Assembly (NCBI GenBank): GCA_963762195.1
Contig: CAVXJX010000015.1
Span: 5,479-69,478 of the forward strand
Length of the DNA stretch: 64,000 nucleotides
Direction of reading: 5' to 3'
DNA from: an uncultured Solirubrobacterales bacterium
Lineage (GTDB): Bacteria > Actinomycetota > Thermoleophilia > Solirubrobacterales > JBBDJG01
In this document: positions 19,139 to 29,946 of the stretch, piece after piece
Numbering within the stretch: position 1 is the stretch's first letter
Layout of the letters: each line of letters starts with the position of its first letter
Notes under the pieces: generated by a model
What the model saw: only the letters and a program-made list of their open reading frames with translations
Databases searched by the model: none
What the model was told of the DNA's origin: nothing
Position numbers and translations under genes: made by a program

Positions 19139-20853
19139 ATGACGACGTTGCTGACAGGCGGGACCGTGCAGCGCATGGACGGCGACCCGCGCACGGACGA
19201 GGCGATCGTCGTCAGCGACGGCCGGGTGAAGGCCAGCGGGTCCGCCGCCGACATGCGCAGCGCCGCCGGCGCCGATGCGCAGGTGATCGACCTTGCCGGC
19301 GCGACCGTGATCCCGGGGCTGGTCGACACGCACCCGCACCTGATGCACTTCGGCGCGCTCGCAGAGGCGCCCGTCGACCTGTCCGATGCCACGTCGCACG
19401 ACGAGATCGTCGAGCGGCTTCGGGCGCGCGCCGCCGAGACGCCGCCCGGCGAGTGGGTCATGGGCACGCCGGTGGGCGAGCCGCACTACTTCATCCGCCG
19501 CTCGTGGCGCGACCTCGCCGAGGGTGCGCTGCCCGGGCGCGACGTGCTCGACCGCGCGTCGCAGGACCACCCGATCTGGATCCAGGCGTGGGCGCCCGTC
19601 ACTCCCAACGTGACCGCGTTCAACAGCGCGGGCCTGCGCCAGATCGGCATCACCGCCGACACGCCGTGCCAGCGTCGGGCACGTGTGGATCGACAAGGAC
19701 GCCGGCGGCGAGCCGACCGGGATCCTGCGCGGCTCGGTCAACACCTACTACAACAACGAGCCGTTCTGGGACGCGATCCTCGCCGAGCTGCCGCTGTTCA
19801 CGCTCGAGCAGGCGGCCACGGGCACGATCAAGGCGATGGGCCTCTACAACGCGCTCGGCGTCACGACCGTCTACGAGGGGCACGTGATGGGGATCGACGA
19901 GATCAACGGCTACCGCATGCTGCGCGCGGGCGACCTGCTGACCGTCCGCGTGCTCGCGGCGCCCGACGCCGAGCCGTACGCGTTTCCGTGGGTGCCGCGC
20001 GCTGACCGACGCGGAGTTCGAGGCGCGCCTCGCAGAGGCGTCGGCGATGGCCGACACGTCCGACGACCTGCTGCGGATCGACGGCATCACGATCTCACGC
20101 GGCGGTCCGTGCTGGCCCGGGTTCATGGTGATGCGCGAGCCCTACCGCGGGCCGTACGGCCACCTCACGACCGGCATCCAGTTCATCCCCGCGAGCAAGG
20201 CCGTGCGCGCGATCGAGTACTGCGCGGAGCACGGGCTGCGGCTCAACATCGTCGCGGTCGGCGACCGCGAGCACGACGAGTACCTCGACCAGCTCGAGCG
20301 CGCCGCCGCCAAGCACGACTTCCGCGAGGCCGGATGGATCCTGCAGCACGCCTTCTTCGTCGAGGAGGGCCACGCCCGCCGCTACGCCGACCTCGGCTTC
20401 GACGTCACCACCAGCATGTCGTTCTCGTGGGGCAAGGGAGATCTGTTCGCCGAGCGCGTGGGCGAGCAGGTCCTGCCCGACCTGCTTCCGCTGCGCCGGC
20501 TGCTCGATGCCGGCATGAACGTCTCCTGCGGCAGCGACTGGGGGCCGAAGAACCTGTTCGAGCACATGGAGCTTGCGTGCACCCACCGGTTCGCGGGCAG
20601 CGGCCGCACGAACCGCGGCCCGGCGCAGGAGGTCACGCGCGAGGAGGCCGTCGCGATGTGGACGCGCGAGGCGGCGAAGGTGCTGCGCTGGGAAGGTGTC
20701 GGCACGCTCGCGCCCGGGCTCGCACGCCGACCTCGTGGTCGTCGACCGCGACCCGCTCGACGTGCGACCTCGACGACCTGCCCGGAGACGCAGGTGCTCG
20801 CCACGATGCTCGGTGGCGAGGCGGTGCACGACGCGGGGCTGGTGACCGCGTAG
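19139..20853 (+). CDS. Amidohydrolase 3 (YtcJ-like) family protein; frameshifted
   Basis: IDLAGATVIPGLVDTHPH, GSDWG, AVAMWTREAA, G.LAPG..ADLVV. Confidence 0.85.
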
Positions 20854-20874
20854 CGGGGTAGCATCGTCGCCCCC

Positions 20875-22459
20875 GTGGACTACCCGCAAGAACAGTTCAA
20901 CGTCGACGAGCAGCGGCTCCTGGAGCCGCATTTCACGAACCTGGACTCGCCGGTCTTCTGCGTCGTGAACCTCCCCGAGGTCGTCAAAGGCGCGCTCTTT
21001 GCGCGCTATTCGCGCTACGGCGGGACGCTGCGGCGCCTCTACCTGGACGAGTTCGCGGGCGAGGATGCGCGGCGGCAGCGAGTCCGCCGCCGGCTCCGAC
21101 GCGCGCCGAGGCGCTTTACGAGCGCGTGTTCCTCGAGTTCGGCGACGACTCGGTCGCGCAGCTGGGCGGTGCCCACCTGGCCTGCGAGTGGTCGTCGAAC
21201 GTGCTCACCAAGATCCTGCAGCGCGGCCGGCTGGCCGCCTACCTCGAGCAGTCCACGCGCTACATCGCCTACGACCGCCGCATGCCGAGCGGCCGCTACC
21301 GCTACTACTGGGACGAGCGTCTCGGCGCAGCCATACGTGGCGGCGATGGAGCGGCTGTTCGACCTGTACTCCGCCGGTCTCGAACAGCTGCGCGGCTGGG
21401 CGGCCGAGCAGCATCCGCGCGGCGACGAGCCCCAGACTGTGTGGGAGCGCTCGATCAAGGCCAAGGCGCTCGACGCGATGCGCGGCCTGCTGCCCGCAGC
21501 CTCGCTCAGCCACGTCGGCATCTATGCGTCGGGCCAGGCCTACGAGCAGCTGCTCCTGCGCCTGCTTGGCCTCGCCGCTCCCGGAGGCGCGCGAGTTCGG
21601 CGCGCGGGCGCTGCCCGAGCTGCGCAAGGTGATCCCCGCGTTCGTGAAGCGCGTCGACATGCCGGACCGCGGCGGTGCCTGGATCGACTACCTCGGCGCG
21701 CTGCGCGAGCGCACCTCGCAGGCAGCCGCCCGCTTCGGGCTCGATGACGCGCGCGCGCGCGAGGAACCGCCCTCCGTGCACCTGCAGCACGCCGAGGGAT
21801 CCGAGGCCGACCTGATCGCGGCGTGTCTGTTCGAGGCGACCGGCGTGAGCGAGGCGGAGTTGCAGGAAGCTGCCCGACGCCTTGACCCCTCCCAGCGGGC
21901 GCAGGTGATCGCCGCGCTCGCCGGCCCGCGCACCAACCGGCGCCACAAGCCCGGGCGTGGCTGGGAGGCGCTGCACTACCGCTTCGAGATCGTGTCGGAC
22001 TACGGCGCCTTTCGCGACCTTCAGCGGCACCGCATGCTGACGTGCCAGTGGCAGCGCCTCGGCACCGACCTCGGAGCTGACGTGCCCGAGGAGGTCGAGG
22101 CGGCCGGGTACGGCGACGCCTACCGCGAGGGCCTCGACGTGAGCCGCGCCGAGCACGATCGCCTCGCCGGCATGGGCCTCACCGAGGAGGCGTCCTACGC
22201 CGTCTCGCTCGCCTACCGGATCAGGTACCTGCTCGACCTCAACGCGCGCGAGGCGATGCACCTGATCGAGCTGCGCTCAGGCCGCGAGGGCCATCCCACC
22301 TATCGCGCGGTCGCGCTCGAGATGCTGGACCGGATCGCCCACGTGCATCCCGCGGTCGCGGCCGCGATGACGTTCGTCGACCACGAGACCGAGGGGCGCC
22401 TGGAGCGCCTGCAGGGCGAGATGCGCCGCCACGGGCGGCTACAGGCGGCGGGCTCCTAG
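20875..22459 (+). CDS. thyX: FAD-dependent thymidylate synthase, long two-domain ThyX type; frameshifted
   Basis: GALFARYSR, FGDDSVAQLG, YLEQSTRYI, DYGAFRDLQRHR, NAREAMHLIELRS...GHPTYR. Confidence 0.8.
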
Positions 22460-22462
22460 GGC

Positions 22463-23972
22463 TCAGCCGAGCCCGAGCGCGCGGCCCGGCGTCCGCTGCG
22501 ACGTCGAGCAGCGGGCTCGGGATGATCCCGAAGAAGACGGTTGCGGCGCCGGCGAGGCCCGCGATCACGATGGTCTCCGCCGTGGCGGGACCGCGGCGCG
22601 CCGGCACGGCGCCCGCCTCGGGCGCGCCGCCGGCCATTACGGGAACCGCTGCGGTCGCGGGTCGCATCCATACTGCCGCGATCACGCGCAGGTAGTAGGC
22701 AAGCGACACCATCGAGCCGACCGCGATCGCGATGCCGAGCCAGATGAAGTTGCCGTCCACCGACGCCTCGATCAGGAAGAACTTGCCCAGGAACCCCGCC
22801 GTCCCCGGCAGTCCGGCGAGGCCGAGCATGGCGATCGTCAGCGCCCAGGCGAGCACGGGACGCGAGGCACCGATGCCGGTGACCGCATCGATGTGGTCAC
22901 CGAAGCCGGTCTCGCGCTCGCGCGCGATCACGACCGCGAAGGCGGCCATGTTCATGAGCAGGTAGACGAACAGGTAGAAGACGGTTGCCTTCACGCCCAG
23001 CTCGGTCGCGACGACCACGCCGGCGAGCATGTACCCGGCCTGCGCGACGCCCGAGTAGGCGAGCATGCGCTTCAGCGAGTCCTGCCCGATCGCGCCGACG
23101 TTGCCGATCACGATCGTGGTGACGGCGAGTACCGCCATGGCCTCTTCCCAGTCGTCCTCGGCGGGCAGCAGCGCGACGTCGAAGAAGCGCAGGAGGATCG
23201 CGAATGCCGCCGCCTTGGTCGCGACCGCCATGAAGGCGGTCACGGAGGTGGGCGCACCCTCGTAGACGTCGGGCGTCCACTGGTGGAAGGGCGCGACCGA
23301 CGCCTTGAACGCCAGGCCCGCGAGCGCGAGCGCGATGCCGGTCAGAAGCAGCGGGTCCCCGGCGATGCCGGCGTCGCCGATGGCGCTCGCGATCTCGCCG
23401 AAGTCGGTCGAGCCGCTCGCCCCGTAGATGAACGCGAGCCCGTACAGCAGCGTCGCCGATCCGACCGATCCGATCACGAGGTACTTGAGCCCGGCCTCGA
23501 GCGAAGCGCGGCGGTGCAGGTCGAGCGCGCACATGACGTAGAGGGGGATCGAGAGCAGCTCGATCCCGAGGAAGAGGGTGACGAGGTTCGTCGCGCCCGC
23601 GAGGACGACCATGCCGGTCACGCTCGCGAGCAGCAGGGCCGAGTAGTCGGCCAGGCTGGTGGTGGGAACGGGCCGCTCACGCAGCGAAAGGACGAGCGCG
23701 ACCGCGGCGGCCGTGTAGAACACGAAGCCGAGCGACAGCGAGAGGTCGTCGGAGCGCATGGCTCCCTCGACGAGGGACTTCGGGTCCCCGAACTGCCAGA
23801 CGGAAAGTCCGAACGCCGTCGCGAGTGTGAGCAGCGCAGCCGCCACCGATAGCGCGCGTCCGGTGCCGCGCGGGAACAGCCCCGCCAGCAGCGTGATGCA
23901 GGTCCCGGCCGTGAGCGCGATCAGCGGGGAGAGGCCCGCGTAGTCGATCGTGGGTGCGTTGAGCTCGTTCAT
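22463..23972 (-). CDS. nuoN: NADH-quinone oxidoreductase subunit N
   Basis: EAGLKY, FKASVAPFHQWTPDVYEGAP, KRMLAYS; indel near the 3' end. Confidence 0.92.
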
Positions 23973-25446
23973 CGGATGACGAGCCGGTTCCCGAGCGTGC
24001 TCGTCTGGACCGCCTGCTCCGACCGATCCAGCACGTATTGCGGATAGAGGGCGAGGAACAGGATCACGGCGATGACCGGCACGATGATGGCTCCGTTCGC
24101 GAAGCTCATCTCGCGCGACTCGGCTCCCGGCGCGAGCGGATTGTGCATCGAGCGCTGGTACAGGCGGATCATGTAAACCGCCGCGAGCGCGACCCCGATG
24201 CTGGCCACGATCGCGAAGACGATCTTCTCCTTGAATGCGCCGGTCAGGATCAGGAACTCGCCCGCGAAGTTCGCGGATCCGGGAATCGCGAGAGTCGCGA
24301 GCGCGACGATCAGGAACATGGCAGCGAGCACCGGAGCGCGCAGCGCCAGGCCTCCCATGCGGCGCAGGTCGTCGGTTCCACCCGCGCGCGCGGCAAGCAG
24401 CGCGATGATGAAGAACAGCGGCACGACCACGAGACCGTGGTTGACCATCTGCAGCACGGCGCCCTGGGCACCCTCGTCGGTGAGAGAGAAGATCCCCAGC
24501 GTGATGAAGCCGAGCTGGGCGATCGACGAGTACCCGACGACGAGCGTCGCCGACGTCTGCGTGAACGCCATCACCGAGCCGTAGAGGATGCTGGCCACCG
24601 CGACGACCAGCAGCAGCTCCTGATATTGGGCGGCCGCATCCGGGTAGAGCGGCAGCGCGATGCGCAGGAAGCCGTAGGCGCCGACCTTCGAGAGCACTCC
24701 GGAGAGCACCGCGACAACCGGGGTAGGCGCGTTCGTGTAGGCGGCCGGCATCCAGCCGTGCATGGGGAACGCCGGCATCTTCACGAGGAACGCGAACGCG
24801 AACAGCAGGAAGATCCACTGCTGGCTGCCTTGCGACAGCGGACGCTGCGCAAGGGTTGACAGCTCGAACGACGTGCCGGCCCCATCGGGCGTCGGCGAGG
24901 ATGCCGGTGGCGGCTGCGGCGGCGAGCATCAGCAGGCTCCCGACCAGTGTGTAGATCACGAACGTCGTCGTCGCGCGCACCCGGTTCGGGCCGCCCCAGA
25001 TGCCGATCAGGAAGTAGAACGGCACCAGCATCAGGTCGAAGAACAGGACGAAGAGCGCAAGGTCCTGCGCGCAGAACGCGCCCAGCACCGCAGTCTCGCC
25101 GAGCGCCAGCATCAGGTAGTAGAGGCGCGGGCGCTCCCAGTCGCTCAGCAGGGACCAAGCGGTGGCAGCCGTCCACAGCAGCGCGCTCATCAGGATCAGG
25201 AACAGGTTGAGGCCGTCCAGCCCGAGCTTGTAGTGGATGCCGAGCTCGGGGATCCATTCGACGTCGGTGACGTGCTGCAGGCCGCCGGCCGATTCGAAGT
25301 CGACGAGCAGCCCGATGCTCACCCCGAGCGTTGCGAGCGCGAACATCAGCGTGACCATCCCGGCGGCGCGCGGGTTCGCTCGCGCAGGTATGAGTGCGGC
25401 CAGCAGGCCACCGGCGAGCGGCAGGAACACGAGTCCCGCTCAGCAT
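23969..25446 (-). CDS. nuoM: NADH-quinone oxidoreductase subunit M; frameshifted
   Basis: LGLDGL, KMPAFPMHGW, KVGAYG, QMVNHG, PGSANFAGEF. Confidence 0.92.
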
Positions 25447-27453
25447 CAGCGGCTCACCACCAGGAAGTACAGGGCGAGCGCGGTGACGCCGGTCATCAGC
25501 AGCAGGGCGTAGTAGCGCAGCACGCCGGACTGCGCGACGCGCACCGCCTGGCTACCGGCGCGCACGACGACCGCCGCGCCGGTCACCACGCCGCCGACCA
25601 CGTACCGCTCGAACACGCTTGCCGACCACGAACCGAGCGCGAGTGTCGGGCGCACGATCGCGCGGTCGTACAACTCGTCGAAGTACCACTTGTGCGCGAG
25701 GAAGTCGTGCAGCCCGCGGAAGCGCTCTGCGAGTCTCAGGGTCGTACCCGGCTGCTTGCACATACAGCAGCCACGCGAGCCCGATCCCGGCGATCGCACC
25801 GAGCGCCCCCACCACCAGCGCCAGCGCCTCGATGCCGCTCGACACCTCGGTCTCGGCGAAGCGCGAGTCCTCGAAGCTCGGGTGCAGGAAGTTCTCCACG
25901 ACATGTGTCACGCCCGGGATCTGCAAGACCCCGGCGACCACGGCGAGGATCGCGAGGATCACCATCGCCCCGCGCATCGGCGCCTGACGCTCGGCGATGT
26001 GGTGCTCCGGGCCGGGATAGCCGACGTCGGTGTCCTCCGGCTCGCCCGTGACGGGGTTCACCGGGTCGGCATGGTGGAGGTGCCCGCGCTCGAGCTCCCG
26101 CGCCTCCTCGTTCGGCTCACCCCAGAAGACGCGGAAGACGATGCGAAACGCGTAGAAGGCCGTCATCACCGCCGCGACCGTGCCTGCGACGTAGAGGATC
26201 CAGTAGCCGCCCCCGCGCTCGGCCGCGAAGGCCAGGATCTCGTCCTTGGAGAAGTAGCCCGAGAAGCCCGGGAACGCGGCGAGCGCCAGCGCCGCCACGA
26301 GAAAGGCCACGTAGGTGAACGGCATCGCGCGCCGCAGGCCGGACATGCGGTCGATGTTCTGGTTGCCCGCCATCGCGGCGATCACCGAGCCCGCGGCCAT
26401 GAACATCAGCGCCTTGAAGAAGGCGTGCGTCATGAGGTGGAACATCCCCGCCCCGTACGCGGCGATCGAGACGCCCATGATCATGTAGCCGATCTGGCTG
26501 ATCGTGGAGTAGGCGACGATCCGCTTGAGGTCGGTGACGACGAGCGCGACGGAGGCGGCGAACACGAGCGTGATCGCTCCGATCGCGGCGGAGATGTCGG
26601 CCGCCGTGGGAGCCAGCTCGAACAGCGGGTGGGTGCGCGCGATCAGGTACACGCCGGCGGTCACCATGGTTGCCGCATGGATCAGCGCGGAGACCGGCGT
26701 CGGGCCCTCCATCGCGTCGGCCAGCCACGTGTGCAGCGGGATCTGGGCGGACTTCGCGAACGCGCCCACCATGATCAGCAGGCAGACCGCGACGATCGTC
26801 CACTCGTTCTGCGAGTAGGTCTCGGGCGCGGACTCGAACACGCGGGCGAAGTCCAGGTGTCCGGTGTCGCGCAGCAGGATGATCGCGGCGAGCACCAGTC
26901 CCACGTCGCCGATGACGTTGATCACGAACGCCTTCATCCCGGCTGCAGTCGCGGTCTGGCGCCGGTACCAGTAGCTGATCAGCGCGTACGAAGCGAAGCC
27001 CACGAACGCCCAGCCGACGATCAGGAAGAAGAAGTTGCCCGCCAGCACGAGCAGCAACATCGAGAAGACGAAGAAGTTCAGGTAGCTGAAGTAGCGCGCA
27101 TACCCGCGGTCGCCGGACATGTACGCGACCGAGTAGACGTGGATCAGGAAGCTCACGCCCGACACGATCAGCGCCATGAACACCGCGAGCGGGTCGACCA
27201 GGATCTCGAGGCGCGCGTCGACGCCGGACGTGCCGACGTAGTCCCACAGCGAGGAGGTCACGTGCCGCTCGGCGGCCGGCTTGTCCTGCAGCTGCACGAG
27301 CGCGCCGATCGCGTTCAGGAAGGCGAGGAAGATCGCGGCCGAACCGATCCAGCCTGCGGTGCGGCCGGACCACACGCGCCACCCGAGCGCGATCACGATT
27401 GAGCCTGCCAGCGGGCACGCGATCACGAGCCAGCCGTAGGTCGTGACGCTCAC
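25446..27453 (-). CDS. nuoL: NADH-quinone oxidoreductase subunit L; frameshift near 25760
   Basis: KSAQIPLHTWLADAMEGPTPVSALIHAATMVTAG, HAFFKA, KWYFDELY. Confidence 0.95.
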
Positions 27454-27749
27454 CCGCGCAGCTCCGACATCTCGTCGACGTCCATCGGCAGCCGGCTGCG
27501 GTACATCGCGACGATCAGCCCGAGGCCGATCACGACTTCGGCGGCGGCGACGATCATCACAATGAGCGCAAAGATTTGCCCGTCATGTGTACCGGTCATG
27601 CGGGCGAACGAAGCCAAAGCAAGGTTGCCGGCGTTGAGCATCAGCTCGAGGCAGATCAGGACCACGAGCGGGCTGCGCCGCGTAAGCACGCCGGCCGCAC
27701 CGATGCAGAAGATGAACGCCGACAGGACGAGGTACCAGACGATGTCCAC
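27450..27749 (-). CDS. nuoK: NADH-quinone oxidoreductase subunit K
   Basis: ELMLNAGNL, GQIFAL, VAAAE. Confidence 0.95.
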   Translation of the reverse strand: MDIVWYLVLSAFIFCIGAAGVLTRRSPLVVLICLELMLNAGNLALASFARMTGTHDGQIFALIVMIVAAAEVVIGLGLIVAMYRSRLPMDVDEMSELRG

Positions 27750-27751
27750 GG

Positions 27752-28270
27752 CTACTGCGCCTCCTCCGCGGGCTCCCGCCTCGCCAGCACGACGGCTCCC
27801 ACCGCGGCGATCAGCAACAGCAGCGACACGACCTCGAACGCGACGAGGAACTTCGTCAGGAACATCTCCCCGATCGCAGACGGCGACCCGAAGCCGGCGG
27901 CGAGGTCGGGCCCTTCACTGTCGAGCGCCTTCAGCCCGGACCCGATGATCGCCACGCACAACTCGACCAGCAGCGCAACCGCGAACACCGGCGCCAGGAC
28001 GCGCAACGTGGGATTGCGCTCCGTCAGCGCGTCCTCGAGGCTGCCGACGTAGGCAACCACGAACACGTACAGCACCATCACGGCCCCCGCGTACACGATC
28101 ACCTGCGCGGCCGCCAGGAACTCCGCCCGCAGCAAGAGGAACAGAACCGCAAGCGCAATCAGATGCACCACCAGCGACAGCACGCTGTAGAACGGATTGC
28201 GCTGCAGCACAACGCCGGCAGCGCCAGCAACGGCCAAAAGCGCGGCTACGAAGAAGACGACGGCTTCCAT
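27752..28270 (-). CDS. nuoJ: NADH-quinone oxidoreductase subunit J
   Basis: AEFLAAAQVIVYAGAVMVL, FEVVSLLLL. Confidence 0.95.
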   Translation of the reverse strand: MEAVVFFVAALLAVAGAAGVVLQRNPFYSVLSLVVHLIALAVLFLLLRAEFLAAAQVIVYAGAVMVLYVFVVAYVGSLEDALTERNPTLRVLAPVFAVALLVELCVAIIGSGLKALDSEGPDLAAGFGSPSAIGEMFLTKFLVAFEVVSLLLLIAAVGAVVLARREPAEEAQ

Positions 28271-28272
28271 AT

Positions 28273-28362
28273 CAGTTACGGAGTTACGGAGTACGGAGTA
28301 CGGAGAAGTGCGGTTCCGGGTCCTACCGACTCCGTAACTCCGTAACTCCGTAACTCCGAACT
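28273..28362. repeat. Inverted arrays of octamer GAGTTACG (dispersed repeat family)
   Basis: CAGTTACGGAGTTACGGAGTACGGAGTACGGAG ... (CTCCGTAA)3CTCCGAA between nuoI and nuoJ. Confidence 0.9.
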
Positions 28363-28894
28363 ACTCACCCTCCCTCCGCAGCGGCGTTCTCTCAACGGGC
28401 TCTGCCAACAGCATCTCCTTCGTAAAGATCAAGTCACTTCGGTCGTAGTCCGAGAGTTCGTAGTCGTGGCCCATCGTGATTGCGTCGAATGGGCACGCGA
28501 CCTCGCAGTAGCCGCAGAAGATGCAGCGCGTCATGTTGATCTCGTAGACCTCGGCGTAGCGCTCGCCGGCGGACACCCGGTGCTCTGGCGTGTTCTCGGC
28601 TGCGACCACGCGGATGCAGTCGGCCGGGCACGCGGCCGCACAGAGCGAGCACCCGACGCACTTCTCCAGGTCGGTGTCCTCGAACTTGTGCAGCTTGTGG
28701 CGACCGCGGAAGCGCGGGTACACGGGCGTCTTCTCTTCCGGATACTGGATCGTCACCGGCCCCTCGACGAGCCGGCCGAAGGTTGTCTTGAGGCCGCGCA
28801 GGGTCTCGCCGAAGGCGCGCGCGACTGATCCGAGACCCCCGGGCTCGGGGCCGCGCTGAACGGCGATCACGTCTGGATCAGGTCGATAGGGCAT
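28361..28894 (-). CDS. nuoI: NADH-quinone oxidoreductase subunit I
   Basis: [32 protein letters not shown]. Confidence 0.96.
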   Translation of the reverse strand: MPYRPDPDVIAVQRGPEPGGLGSVARAFGETLRGLKTTFGRLVEGPVTIQYPEEKTPVYPRFRGRHKLHKFEDTDLEKCVGCSLCAAACPADCIRVVAAENTPEHRVSAGERYAEVYEINMTRCIFCGYCEVACPFDAITMGHDYELSDYDRSDLIFTKEMLLAEPVERTPLRREGE

Positions 28895-28900
28895 GGCACC

Positions 28901-29908
28901 TCATGTCGTCGAAACCAGGACTGCCGTCACGAGCAGGTTCAGCGTCGCGAGCGGCAGCAGAATCTTCCAGCCGAAGCTCATCAGCTGGTCGTAGCGGAGC
29001 CGCGGCATGGTTGCGCGGACCCAGATGAAGAAGACGATGATCGCGAGCATCTTCAGCACCATCCAGAGCGGGTCGAGCCCGCTCGGGCCCGGCCCCATCC
29101 AGCCGCCGAAGAACATCGCGGAGGCAAGCCCCGCGATCACGATCATGTTGATGTACTCGGCCAGGAAGAACGAGCCGAAGCGCATCCCGCCGTACTCGGT
29201 GTTGTAGCCGGCGACGAGCTCGGCGTCGGCCTCCGGCAGGTCGAACGGAGGCCGGTTGGTCTCGGCAAAGCCGGCGACGGTGAAGATCAGGAAGCCGACG
29301 AACTGCGGCAGCACGTACCAGACGGTGTCCTGAGCCTTGACGATGTCGACCAGCGACAGCGAGCCGGCCATCATCACCACCCCGATCAGCGACAGCCCGA
29401 GCGACACCTCGTAGCTGATCAGCTGCGCGGCCGATCGCATCGCGCCGAGGAACGAGTACTTGGAGCCGGAGGCCCACCCGCCCAGCACCAGCCCGTAGAA
29501 GGCGAGCGAGCCGAACGCGAACGCGTACAGGACCCCGATGTTCACGTCGATCCCGTACAGCCCGAACTGCGACCCGAACCCGTTCTCGACGTCCCCGAAC
29601 GGGATGATCGCGATCGACGCGAGGGCCGTGATGATCATGATCGCCGGCGCGATGGCCATCAGTCTCGGCACGCCCGTCGACGGATAGAACGGCTCCTTCG
29701 AGGCCAGCTTCACGACGTCCGCGAGTGGCTGGAGCAGGCCGTACGGGCCTACGCGGTTGGGGCCGTACCGTTGCTGGAAGCGGCCCAGCAGCTTGCGTTC
29801 CAGCAACAGGATCATCGGTACGACGCCCATCACGAAGGCGAAAATTACGAATGACTTGATGATCCACACGCCGGTGGTTTCTATGAATGTGGTGTCGGCT
29901 ATGTACAT
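28901..29908 (-). CDS. nuoH: NADH-quinone oxidoreductase subunit H
   Basis: ERK...GPNRVGP.GLLQPLAD, AETNRPPFDLPEA, PRLRYDQ. Confidence 0.96.
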   Translation of the reverse strand: MYIADTTFIETTGVWIIKSFVIFAFVMGVVPMILLLERKLLGRFQQRYGPNRVGPYGLLQPLADVVKLASKEPFYPSTGVPRLMAIAPAIMIITALASIAIIPFGDVENGFGSQFGLYGIDVNIGVLYAFAFGSLAFYGLVLGGWASGSKYSFLGAMRSAAQLISYEVSLGLSLIGVVMMAGSLSLVDIVKAQDTVWYVLPQFVGFLIFTVAGFAETNRPPFDLPEADAELVAGYNTEYGGMRFGSFFLAEYINMIVIAGLASAMFFGGWMGPGPSGLDPLWMVLKMLAIIVFFIWVRATMPRLRYDQLMSFGWKILLPLATLNLLVTAVLVSTT

Positions 29909-29946
29909 CGCAGTTACGCAGTTACGCAGTTACGCGGTTCGCAGGA
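29909..29946 (+). repeat. (CAGTTACG)3-CGGTTCGCAGG repeat
   Basis: Seen directly; overlaps the nuoG stop codon. Confidence 0.9.

Noticed and set aside
22239-25430. 1063-aa NuoM-NuoN fusion ORF
   Set aside because: Artefact of an indel in nuoM; the middle is out-of-frame sequence and the true NuoM C-terminus is in ORF 23969..24784.
28273-28362. Octamer arrays, or the duplicated 9.0-9.25 kb motifs, as CRISPR
   Set aside because: No 23-47-nt repeats with regular unique spacers and no cas genes.
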